Of a stretch of DNA of 64,000 bases, positions 13,879 to 25,304 are shown one piece after another. The notes below the pieces were generated by a model. It was not told the origin of the DNA, searched no databases, and saw only the letters and a program-made list of their open reading frames with translations. Position numbers and translations under genes: made by a program. The stretch comes from Moniliella sp. 'wahieum' (Eukaryota): assembly GCA_003971905.1 (NCBI GenBank), contig RSEE01000080.1, positions 248,001 through 312,000 on the forward strand, written 5' to 3'. The number at the start of each line of letters is the position of its first letter. Positions within the stretch are counted from its first letter, which is position 1.

Positions 13879-14285
13879 ACTTCGTCAATTTCGTGGCTCC
13901 TGTTTTCATCCCACCAACCGAACCGCTTGGATAAAGCAATATTCCGCCTTCCTCCCCGACCCAAGCGTATGTTTTGCGTGTGCATCTCTTGCCTGTTTAT
14001 GGACTACTTCGTTCCCCCCTCCCTTTTCCCTTCCTCCCCCCCCCCGCCCATCCTTGGGACATTGAACTTTGCCAGACAATTTGTACTTCTATTGCCTCCC
14101 CCCCTTCATTCTACCCTACCCCCCCACCTTGCTCATGATCCACAATGCCTATGGCGTATGCTTTCCGTCTCGGGCCTTCCCCTGTGCGCGACCTGCATAC
14201 GCTTAGTATAGCCCCCAGCCATCCTACCGGGCTGGATGAATGATATACGGTAGATATGCCTTTTACTTTCTCTCTGCGCGGAAAC

Positions 14286-15367
14286 TGTCATGGGGGGGTC
14301 CCGAGGGGGGACCCCCCCTGTAGTTTAGGGTATAAACCCTTGGACAGATCAATCGGTGGCTCGTAATACGTTAAGTCCTGCTCCAGATCCTGGTTGAACC
14401 GAGCGGGTGTAGAGGCGAGGGAGAGACCCTCTAGTTTGGGTGGCTGCCTGTGGGTGCAAAGGCCGCAGTCCAGACCCTCCGAGGTAGGAGCCGTGTACGT
14501 AGGGTCGTTAGACCAGCTGAAGGGGTCCAGGAGCTCCGGAATTACTCTGTTCCTCGCAGCGTTACCACACTCGGTACGCTGTAGCTGGCGGGAACAGACA
14601 GAGTCCTAAAGAAGAGCAACGCTACTGATGTGAGTAACCGCGGCTTGCAGTGCACTCGACGCAAGTCGTCAATTCGTAAGCGTAAGGGTGGTAGAAGGCG
14701 GAAGGGCGAGAGAGGAACTGGTAGTCGGGGAGACCAACGGTAATAGACAGGATGGTCGACAAGGACCACAGCTAGCAAGCCTTAGACATGGCTGCTTATA
14801 TACAGCAGAAGGAACCGGGCCTCAAGTGCCTCATGTGCATGACAGGTATAGACGAATGTGGGGCACTTCCCAGAAAGGTAAAAAGACTAATGCACAGCCC
14901 TTTCTCTCCAAGGCGCTGACGCGGCGCAGTCGGGCGCAGCAGGAAGGGTTCTGACAAGACTGGGCGCAATGGGCACAAAGCATCGTATTACCGATAAGCC
15001 AATGCGGCCATGGCGGGCCGCGGATGTATCCGCAGCAAGGATAAGGTGTCGACTGGCTCTCTCTCGCTAGTCTAACCGGACTGACGCATGTTGGGCTGAG
15101 ATGTCTACGACATGCGGGGCTCAGCGTCCGGAGATAACCGGAGCGCCCCGTAACATAAGTGACCCCGTGAGCGAGAGGCACAGGAAGTATCGGTTTGGGT
15201 ATACTATAGCAATCACACGACGAAGAGATTGAAGACGGGAGAAGTTGGTGACCCTCTCCTGTTGCTGTAATTGGGTCCGGGGATTCCGTCGTTTTCGTTC
15301 GTGGTAATGCCTTCGTACTGCTTGTGGACAGCACTCGGCCCTCTCGTTTATAACCCCCCTTCAGCAG
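14286..15367 (-). mobile_element. Putative solo-LTR-like element (~1.08 kb)
   Basis: Non-coding and compositionally distinct; TG...CA ends with imperfect inverted termini (TGTCATGGGGGG / CCCCCCTTCAGCA); subterminal inverted GGG(T)TATAAAC at 14328-14337 and 15346-15356; minus-strand TATATAAG near 14800; no target-site duplication found. Confidence 0.35.
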
Positions 15368-15537
15368 TTTGCTGGGCTGGCCGCCCAGCGGAATTCAGGC
15401 GCCCACATGCGACTTGAATATTCAATTGAATCTTCAATCTTGAATCTGCTCTCTTGAGCTTGACGCCTCCGCTCGTCGTACCCGTCCTAGCCCACTCACC
15501 TCCACCTGCCCTTCCTCCCTCTCCGCCTGCCTTCCGC

Positions 15538-17254
15538 ATGGTCGCCATCCCCGCGTCTCAGCTGAGCACCGGCCTTGTCCTGCTGCAGGCGGCTGGCCAG
15601 TTCCCACCTGGCGCCGAGGGCCTCGTGCACGCCCACCTCGCCCTCACGGCCCAAACGTATGCCGAGACGTTGCTGCTGCCCACCTGTCTGCACGACGCCA
15701 GCCTGGTCGCCGGTACACGAGCCGCGCTCGCCCTCGTCCACGCCCACAGCATGCCAATCGACCTCCCTACCATCCAAGCTGCGCGCTGGCTTGCGCTTGC
15801 CGCGCCCACCACGACTGCTGCTGCTGCTGCATCGCGCAAGGTGCTGCCCCCGCCTACCGTCCTGGGACAAGTGGAGGCGGCCTTGTCCTCGGCCGATGGC
15901 ACGCCGCTGCCGAGCAGGAAGAGCGTGCGCGCGCTCGCGGCCCTCGTGTGGGCGTGCCAGGCAGGATCTGAGGTCTGGACCCCGCTCGAGTGGGGGGAGA
16001 ACGGGTCATGTCCCTCGCTGCCCATCTGGTCCGGCTCTACCACCTTGCGCGCCAGCAGGACGCAGTGGAGGGCCTGGCTTTGGCGTGGGACGTGCTGGAG
16101 TGCACCTTGCTTTTATCCGCCCGTGCACCGCCGTATGTGTTGGAGATCTTGGCGGACCTGCGGGACGAAGCACATGGACTGCAACATTCGCTTGCTACCT
16201 CGGGCCAAGTAGACGAGGACTTGGGCCGCTACCTTCCCCTCTCCTTGGCCCTGGGTGAGAGCGTAACCCAGTACGCCTCCCTCCAACCGTCCCACTCTCC
16301 CCGATCTCCATCACCGCCGCCGTCGCCACCCCCGCCACCGCCGTTGGTCCAACGCAACAATATCTTTTCCGACGCGGACCTGTTGCGCGCCCAGCGGCTT
16401 CGGAGGGACGTGCCCCTGTCGGCGCTGGACGAGGCGAGCAAGAAAGCGATTGTGGCGCGTGGTTTGGCCGAGAGCGAGGACGAAGAAGAAGGCACGACAC
16501 TGGGCACGTTTGGTGTCAACCCGTTTGGTCGGGCAGTCGAGGACGGGGGAGGGGAAACGTCGTCGTCGGACGAAGAGGCGGTGGTGCCGAAAGAGCCTGT
16601 CGAGGAGGACCAAGAGCCAACGGGCTTGTGGAGGCGACAAAGGGTTGTTCGTGCATCCGATCCGCGCGGCGTCAACGAATGGCGCACCCGCGCTCACGAT
16701 TGGCAAGCTTCCTCGGACGACGAGACGGACTTGCCCGGTCCCAAGGCGCCCATCGCCGCCGCTTCGGCTACCCCCAGCTGGTCCAGCTCCAGCTCCCACC
16801 GGCATCCAGCTCGGCGACGAAAAAGTCCTCTTGGCCGCCTACGCCGCCAGTGCCGACCACCTGTCCAAGGCGGGCCGCGGAACCAAGCCCCGATCTCACC
16901 TCAAGGCCGCCCCTCGGCGGCCGATGGGACGATCATCAGATCGAGTCGTGGAGCAGCATGTTGGCTCGCAACCCTAAAAAGGATGCACTCCTAGCACCCT
17001 ACCAACGCACCGGCTTGCCCGCTGGCGGCAATCCCAACCTGCGTCTTGGTCCGGGCCAGGGCAACAGCAACAGCAGCAGCGGCGGCGGCGGCGGCGGGGC
17101 ACAAACCAAGGGCAAAGCCAAAGCCAACGACGGGGACAAGAAACCTCCCTTGTCCGAACGCGAGCGCCGCAACAAGGAGCGCAGGGGCAACGTGGCGCGT
17201 CAACGCGGCGCCGATCGTAAGGCGGCCAAGACGGGCATGTTCCCAACCACCTAA
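15538..17254 (+). CDS. CUE3: Cue3/ASCC2-like protein (ribosome quality-control trigger complex subunit)
   Basis: VQRNNIFSD motif, acidic patch, DDHQIESWSSMLARNPKKD and C-terminal RRNKERRGNVARQRGADRK resemble fungal Cue3/ASCC2 C-termini; frameshifted. Confidence 0.6.
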
Positions 17255-18268
17255 CCCTCCACCCTGTTTCGTTTCCCCTCAACCCCTTGGCCCTTTGGAC
17301 TCCACTTCCCTCCTACCTACTCACCTACTCCTCGTCCCATGGTGCCTTGTGCTTGGCCCTTCACGCCCCTCATTTCATCCGAAGTGTCCTGCCACATCAT
17401 TCTTTTTCCTAGGATGGCGCCTTTTGGTTTTCTCGAGTCGGCCGCTTGCACCCAGCTCGTTGCTGCCAAGTCGTGCACGGCTTGAGATGAGGCCCACGAG
17501 AAGAATGCAGGTGCGCATGATAGTACTGTAGGCGTGGCACTTTGACGTGTCAATATTTGGGTTCAACTTGGCCGGTGGCTGCCGGGACTCAGAGACCACT
17601 ACAGGAAGCCCACTGGTGGGTGTCACAGCACTGCACGCACTCTTCCTTGTATTTCATTGGGCAGTTGGTGTCCTGTCTCCAATGCACCTCACTGCGGCGC
17701 TCCTTGCTTCCCTCGCGTAATTTCAACCTCCCTATCGCCAGTCGCCTATCGCCTAACCACCTCTACTGCAGCAATTTGCTCCTCGGCACTGGAGTGCCCG
17801 CTTCCATGGCACATGCATCCTGCAGCATCGCCGTCAGACAGCGGTGCAATGGCATGTGCCCGTTGAGAACGCGGGCGTTATGTACGTTATGGGAGAATAC
17901 CTATATGCCATGCCGGGGCAACGTGGGCCTACTCCTACGTTTGCCCATCCTCACTCAAACAGGATGTACTCCGAGCGGGCTGCGAATACAGAACGCGCTC
18001 AGGGCGTAAGCAAGGCAAAGAAGAAAGAGGGAGATTTAGGAAGACCGTGAAGCAAGAAAAATGGATGGGCCAAGACATGGATAATGGACCTGTGTAATAT
18101 GGCGGGCGATCGTAAACTGCGCATGGCGCGCACCAGCCGTAGCTTTCCCCGCAGGGGAAGACGGACGATGCAGTTGTGCATGAGAGCAAAAGATAAGGGG
18201 AAAAGGGGAGACTGCAGTAGATAGGGAAAACGGTAATGTGAGGTCGGGATTACAGCATGGTAGCAGCA

Positions 18269-20476
18269 TCACGACAGCCGCAACGGCCACCCCACCGAGG
18301 CAGGAGAAGGTCCGGTGAGATGCCGCGGACTTCTTGGAGGTGGCACCATTCCCGCCGAGGGGGCCGCCTTAGTCGAGGCCGCGGCCGGGGAGGCCGAAGA
18401 GGAGGCCGACGAAGGCGCACCAACAGGCTGGTACGTCTGTCCCTTGGCCGTGGCTTGGATCATCTCGGCACCAATTTCGGCCAGGCCATAGGTGATGGTC
18501 ATCAAGTGCTGCGACATGGACAGCGGCGGGACACTGGAATCTACACGCAGGTTCTGCGTATTGTACACCTTGAACTCTTGGTCCACCACGCCACCCAACT
18601 CGAGCGGAAGCATACTGTTGGACGAGCTGGGGTGGTACTCGGTACCCGACGAGTTGGCCACAAACGTGTCCCAGTCCTGGTCCGATTGCACCGCAGTGCC
18701 AGGGGAGAGTTCGGCGTTGGTGTACAGCGACAGCGGCGCCGCCGTGCCCACCTGCCGGGCAAACCGACATCCGTCACGCATGATCTGCTTGTCCTCCTCG
18801 TACAGCAAGTAGGCCGGGTCGATCAACGGCGGGTCAAAGGCCGAGGTGGAGTTGATCTTGACACTGCCACGGGACACGGGGTGCTGCAGGCCGCATTCGA
18901 CAAGAATGTTGCCGTACGTGTTGCCCAGCAGGATCTCAACCGTGGGCACATCTTGAGGATACAACGTATCGGCCAACTCGTAGCTCGTCGCATTAAAGCC
19001 CGCCTTGACCGTGTCGGGGGCATTGTAGGACTGCACATAGTTCGCAATGTTGGACCGGTAGGTGCTGATGAAGGATTCCGTTGCGTTTTCCCTACAATCT
19101 TGCTCAGCGGCACGTAGGCCGTGGCCGAGTTGACGTAGCTGTCAACCGTTGTTTGCCAGTCACCTTGGACGGAGGCATGGTCACATTCGCTTGAGGCGAG
19201 AAGGTGACGGCGGTCGAGACATGGTCTTGGAGGTTGAACCCCACGCCTGGGACGTTGGCCACCTGCTTGATCCCCAGCGGGTTCAGCACCGAACTATCGC
19301 CCACACCCGACAGCTGCAACAACTGCGGCGAGCCAATCACACCAGCCGAGATGATGACCTCGTTGTTGGCAGAGACGGTGTAGGTGGGCTGGTTGGCTGC
19401 CGCGGCGAATTGGATGCCGGTCGCCTTGGGCGTCGAAGCGGACGTGTCAACACAATCTTGGTCGCCTGGTAGCCCGTCAAGACATGCAGGTTGGGACGGT
19501 AGACGACGGGGTCAAGGTAGCCCGTGCGGGAAAAGGAGCGGGTCCAGTTGCTCGGGTTGATCGCACTGGCCGAGAGAAAGGGACCCGAGTTGTTGCCGCC
19601 ATAGGCATCCTTGTTGAGGGAGATGCCCGAGACAGTGGTGATGGCCTGCAGGAAGGCACCCACATCAGCGTACGAGGTGGCGGGGAACGAGTAGTGCACC
19701 GGCCCATTCTCGCCATGCGACGTTTGGTTGTACGGGACGAGCGAGTGTTTCCGGCCCGGGTCACCGGCGGTAATGATCCGGTCGGCAGCCGGCTGGACGG
19801 GGGTGTAGGTCTCGGATTTCTTCATCGCATCCAACACGTTGGCCCAGGACCAGGTGGCCTAGCGTCGGCCCCCAAGGGCTCCACCAGCTTGGCCCAGCTG
19901 TCCTGCTCCGCCGCCGGCTGACGCACAAGGTACAACCCATTGATCGCACTCGACCCACCGAGAGTCTTGCCACGGGGCCAGGGCAGGACGCGGTTGTACA
20001 TGGTGGACTGCGCGTGGTCTTGTAAGCCCAGTCCATGTCGGTGCCCACAGCCGAGTCGTACACCTGCATGAGAGGGGGGATGTTAGCACCAAATCAGAAG
20101 CATGACAAGAAGAGTCGATAACAGGGCGCAATCCACCTACATTGGCGGCCGGAGTCGTGAGACTTGTTTGGCCTTCGCCACTGGGGCCAGCCTCGACGAC
20201 GGCGACGGTGGTGGTGGCGTTCTCGGTGAGGCGAGAGGCAAGGACGAGACCGGCATTGCCGCCTCCGACAATCACATAGTCGAACGTCTGGCCGTCAAAC
20301 GCTTGGCCGTTGGTGGAGATGCCGTTGGGCACACCACCAGTGGCGCGGTGAGTGTAGCGGTGCTCAAAGCCAGCGTGGTGGTGGGGGTCGGCAGCAGCGG
20401 CGAGAGCAGCAGAGCTGGTGGCTGCGACGACGGCATGGACGAACGCAAGGCGGCGGCGATTGGAGGGGCGACCCAT
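18269..20476 (-). CDS. Secreted GMC oxidoreductase (AA3_2, glucose oxidase/dehydrogenase-like)
   Basis: Signal-like N-terminus; FDYVIVGGGNAGLVLASRLTE (FAD binding), WPRGKTLGGSSAING, IGSPQLLQLSGVG, GVGFNLQDH, LQHPVSRGSV, TEYHPSSSNSMLPLELGGVVD; intron 20064-20140; Ser/Ala-rich tail; 3' end approximate. Confidence 0.93.
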
Positions 20477-21080
20477 GGTCAAGGAAGAAAGAGCGTGTGG
20501 GGAAGGGGAGGGAGAAGGGGGAGGCGGGGCGAGGCGCAAGAGACGGAGGTGGAGATGGAGGTGGAAGGGAAGGTGCAACGGGCGTGGCCCACTAAAGAGG
20601 GTGTGGGTCGGCGCGAGAGACAGAGGCGGCTGCGGTGGCATGGCGCAGACTGGTGTGGTGGCCAGTGCGGATGGGAAAGGGCAGAGCGTCGGACCTACTC
20701 CGGTGGAGGAGGTGGTGTGGGCTGGTGCTGGGCGCTGAGACTGCGTACTCAGCCTCAGCGCGCCAGCGCCAGAGGCCAGGAACGCAGACAGGAAAGCAGG
20801 CACGCGTGCCGGCCGGCGTAGCGCCTGCAGCACACAGTGTTCTTCTGGTGCCGGTGAGCGGCGCCACGCCCGCACGGGATCGGCGCGCCCACCGGCACAG
20901 GCACAGTGTCCGCGCCGGCATGCCGGCCACGTGGGGGCGATCGCACCAGCACGGGGGCAGTGCATGGCTGGAGGCGTTCACCTTTGCCGGAGTGGGATGG
21001 TCGATGGTGGATGGCGTGCACTAGCGCACTATGCCGCGGTTAATATGTTTGGCGCATAACGCGAACGCGTAACCGGCAGT

Positions 21081-21101
21081 GAGATCTGAGATCTGAGATC
21101 T
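21081..21101. repeat. Tandem heptamer (GAGATCT)3
   Basis: Three exact copies. Confidence 0.85.
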
Positions 21102-21321
21102 GCGTTCTGAGTAATCCACAAGCGGTTTAGTGCTGGATTCTATCAGGCTGTATCAAATGTCGGATGCGCGGCTGTCACTGTTAGCACTTGCTCCATGCGA
21201 CTCGACAGGTGCGATAACTTCGATGGCTGCCAGGTCACCATCACATGTCGCCTGTCACAAATGTCACTTGGGCACCGATCGTCAAGCGCGTCAGCTTCAA
21301 GCTTTTCAACTCGTCACCATC

Positions 21322-21349
21322 AGTCACTAGTCACTAGTCACTAGTCACT
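21322..21349. repeat. Tandem heptamer (AGTCACT)4
   Basis: Four exact copies. Confidence 0.9.
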
Positions 21350-21819
21350 TGACTAATCGCTGTGACATATGACTGTGACGAGTCTTGTGACTGAGCAGCC
21401 AAGCGAACCGCAGGTGCAAGCCCTTGGCCTTCTAGGCCTTGTACGCGCTTACGCCTTAGGCCTTACGCCTTACGCTTTATATGATAACCCTCCCGATAGC
21501 TCAGTCTCCGACCTCAGTGCCTCAGCCACCCAACCCGCCCAGGCTGAGGCCGAGCCTCAGCGCGCAGACCCCTGGATAGGGTCAACCTATTACCAAAGTC
21601 GGCCAAACTCCGTCTGCTGCTAGGAAAGCGGCGACACTTCTCACACCTCAGATCTCATGGTGCTTCTTCAAGCTTCAAGTTGAAGCTTCATCCTCTCCCA
21701 ACTCCGCTTCCTCATGAAGAACACCGCGCTCATTCTTCAGGCACACGGTCGTGAATCGCGGCGGCACAACGAATCATCTTCATTTTTTGGATCAGTAGTT
21801 CGACGTTGAGCTGCGCTTT

Positions 21820-23146
21820 TCAGTCGACCACAGCAACCATCTTTCCGATGTTCTTGTTGGCCTCCATCTCCAGGTGCAAATCCTGTATCTCCCGCCACGA
21901 GGCTACTTTGTGAAGCAAAATGGTGTGGGGCGTCACTTCGCCCGGGCCTGGCGTTGATGGGGCCTCGAGCCCAGCCAGGATGCGGTCGAGGATCCCGTGG
22001 CGCAGAAAGGCTTGGACGAGATTACCCTGGTAGGCCAAAGATCGAGAGCGTAGCGTTGATCCCTCGACGCGCAGACGTTTGTACAGTAGCGGAAGGATCA
22101 AGGCGTCCTTGCTCTTGGCTCCGCCCAACGTTGCAAGCAATACCATCCGGCCATCCCGCCGCAGTGACGCCACGTTCTTGTTCCAGTAACTGCCCGCCAC
22201 AAAATCCACTACCACATCCACGCTGCCCGCCTTGGCCTTCTTGCCACCCAGACCGGTGTGCGCTGCCAACTCGACGTCCCACTCGCACGTTTTGTAGTTC
22301 CACCCGGCATCTGCCCCGGCCACCTGCACGCACGTCGCTACCTTCTCGTCGGTACCGGCCGTGGCATATACCCGACGCGCGCCTAGGTCCCGTGCCAGTT
22401 GGATCGCCGCCAGGCCCACCCGACGCGCCCGCATGAACCAACACATCCTTCCCCAGTTCTTGCAATTCGTCATGATTTGCCGCCAGGGGATCGAGACCCA
22501 AAGTCTCTCTTCGTTCTCGCTTCGTCTCTTCATCCCATTCCGCCGGCGGGCGCAGGTCGGCAATCGTCCGGAGCGCCTGGAATGCCGTCAACCAGTTCTC
22601 CGGGATCGCAGCCGCCTTGGTCCAACTGAGAAAAGATGGCTTGGGCAACAGGAGCGAGGCGCGGACCTTGATGTACTCGGCGTACGCTCCGCCCAACGCC
22701 AGACCAAATACGTTCGTCCCCCACGCGGGGTGGTAACTGGGGTGCAGCTCCTCCGCTGCGGCGGACGTTGATGTTGCAACAGGCGGCGAGGGACCGACGG
22801 CCTCGACCACACCACTAAATTCGACACCAAGAATGTCGGACGTGCCAGGAGGCAAGGGATACTTGCCTTCGCGCTGCAAAATGTCCATCCGGTTCAAGCC
22901 AAACGCGTGGACCTTGACCACCACCTCGGGCCCGGCCCCATCGTCCAAGGGGGTGGAGGTGAGCTGGGGCTTGGAAGTGTTTGCAATGTGCAAGTGGCTT
23001 GCTGGGCCCACGCCTCCCTTGACAAGCACGGCGCGCATCTCTTCCGGCTGGCGAGCGGCCGAGGTGGGGTTAGCGCGCGCAGCGAAGATGCGGCCGGGGC
23101 ACGGGCAACGGCGGCAGGCGGAAAGGAAAGTCGCGGACCAAGACAT
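21820..23146 (-). CDS. NAD(P)H:quinone oxidoreductase, PIG3/zeta-crystallin-like MDR family
   Basis: VKVHAFGLNRMDILQREGKYPLPPGTSDILGVEFSG, AAAIPENWLTAFQAL, VLVHAGASG/VGLAAIQLAR, LLYKRLRVEGSTLRSRS, MEANKNIGK; Arg-rich N-terminus could be a mitochondrial presequence. Confidence 0.92.
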
Positions 23147-25304
23147 CTAGGCAGAAAGGCAGCGTGGGGCGTCCGCACGCCCGCCAAGGGGAGGGAGCGG
23201 GCCGAGACGAGCATGGCGACCAAGAAGACAAGGGTGTTCAGCAGCCGTTGGTGGGGGCAGGGTGGATTGGTGTGCGAACAAGGAGGTGGTGATGGCGCAC
23301 AGCTGAGAGCCGTCAAGCTGACGCAGCACGGCAAGGGGAGGCGATGCGCTGATGCACCGACGTCTGTCCATGTCGGTGGCTCGTGCACCGACGTCATGGA
23401 AACTTTCAAGCAGGATGAGCTGGTGCGTGCGGGGGCTGCGGCGGCTCTCAGATCTTAGATCTCATAATTATGGCACGCACATTTTCCTGTCAGTCGGGGC
23501 TAATGCGAGGGAGACCAGAGTCGCGACTAGGTCAACGGATGTAGCAATCGTTCGTGGGGAAGAAGCAAGAGCAGAGGACATGGTGCGAAGTGGAAGAAAC
23601 AGGGAAAGAGCGGGACGCTCGGGACGCTCGGGACGAAGAAATTGGAAATGGGAACGAGATCAGTCAAAAACTAATATGGCAATTCCCATTGGATGGCAGT
23701 GTCACGGGCTGCGGCGGACACGAGATGGTCCGACCGAAGCTAAGGCCCGCCTGCTCCGCACATGCCCAGTAGAGCGTGCTCCGCAGGCCAACCAAGTGTG
23801 ATGATGGTTGGCTAAATTAAGTATCGTGGCCGAAGGGCCATGCTCAGCGCGACAACAGTCGCCTCCCGCCCAAGTCCACGTCGGCCGGCCTAAATAAGGC
23901 CACCGAGCTTCCAATGCCGTGGCGGCGTCTGCCGCCTCGTTCCCGTTTCCTTTTCCTTTCTCGGTCGCGCCTGCGGCGACCAACCCCGCTTTTGACATGT
24001 CTTCCTTTCTACACCCCCTCTTGTATCCGTTTCCCTTTTGATCCTGCCTGTACCCCTGGTTATGGGGATCTTTTCCCCCACCTTCCAATCTCGTCCTTCT
24101 CGTCCTTTCTCGTCATCCTCTCGCCTTCCCGTCTATCCTGTCCGACTCCTGCGCGTTTCCAGCCAATTTATCCAGTACAGGCAGCTTCTCTTGTTAGCGT
24201 CCGACTTCTCCTCCGACCTCGTCCTCCAGCCCTTCGTCAGTCCAATCGCGCGAGCCCTCCTTTGGTCGCGGCGATTCCCAGTCTCTGTTGAGGCAGTGTT
24301 TGTCCCCCTCTGCCTCCTCCTCCCGTCCTTAAGTCCCGGAGGCTTCAGACACGTTACTACGGCCCAAGCCGGTGCAGATGCAGCCTTGCCACACGTGCAG
24401 CCGCCCACCAAAGGCCTCTCCCTCGTCCCTAGCTCCGCTCGGACGCACCAACCAGCCTAAGCCCGAAACTACGTGAGTCGACCTACCGTCGCCTAAGGGA
24501 TTGTACCCCAAAACCCCCAAGGCGGGCCCCCTGGCGGCGCCCGCCTGGCGGCGCCCGCCCGTGACAGGCAGTGGCAATTGTTGCTAGCATTACTTGTGCT
24601 CTCGCATATACAAGAAAATCACTGGCCCCTCGCTTTGAATGATGGAAGCTCGGCTTGAGCACCTCGCTGGTAGGAATATAAGGCCATTGCATGAGGTGCA
24701 TGAGGCGCCTACAATTCCTGAGAAAGCTACTTTCTGACGTCGAGACCCTTCCCGTTTTAGGGATTCAGTTGCCGTGTTTGGCGCACAACCGTCGCCACCG
24801 CGTCACCCATCATGCATCACCAGCCACGCCCCCCCCCCCCGCACAGATTGTGCTCTCGGTGAAGGATGAACGTACGATGAACCCCACTTCCACTTTTGCC
24901 CCTGGGAGGGGGACAAAAGAAAGTGTGTGGGGTACAAGACAGAACTGGGAGTAGGCAGAGAATATAGCGTTTGTCTATATTGATAGCAAAGCGGAGAGGT
25001 TATGTTGGGGCGCAGCTGGGCGTTTTCTAGAGCATCTTCCCTCTGTCGTAGAAGGCCGTGGGAGAGACTATAGCTCTTTTGCATTTCTCCCCGCACTTTT
25101 TTATCGCGACACGCATACACCTTTAAGGGCCGCAGGAGGCTGACACCATGAGGGGCTGCCGGTTCAGATTCTATTATAACTGCAGCCCTACTCTGATCGA
25201 TCGCTTCTTTTTCTCCCTCATCGTCCTCATCTCTGTTTCTCCCTTGACTTTTCAGCAACAACCGCGTGGTGCATATTCACGTTTCCCCCAATCAAACGCC
25301 AGCC

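Noticed and set aside
17300..18200. Small gene between the CUE3-like and GMC genes
   Set aside because: No consistent frame, splice pattern or motif that I could support.
21000..21700. CRISPR-like array
   Set aside because: The repeats are short tandem heptamers without spacers, the context is eukaryotic, and there are no cas genes.
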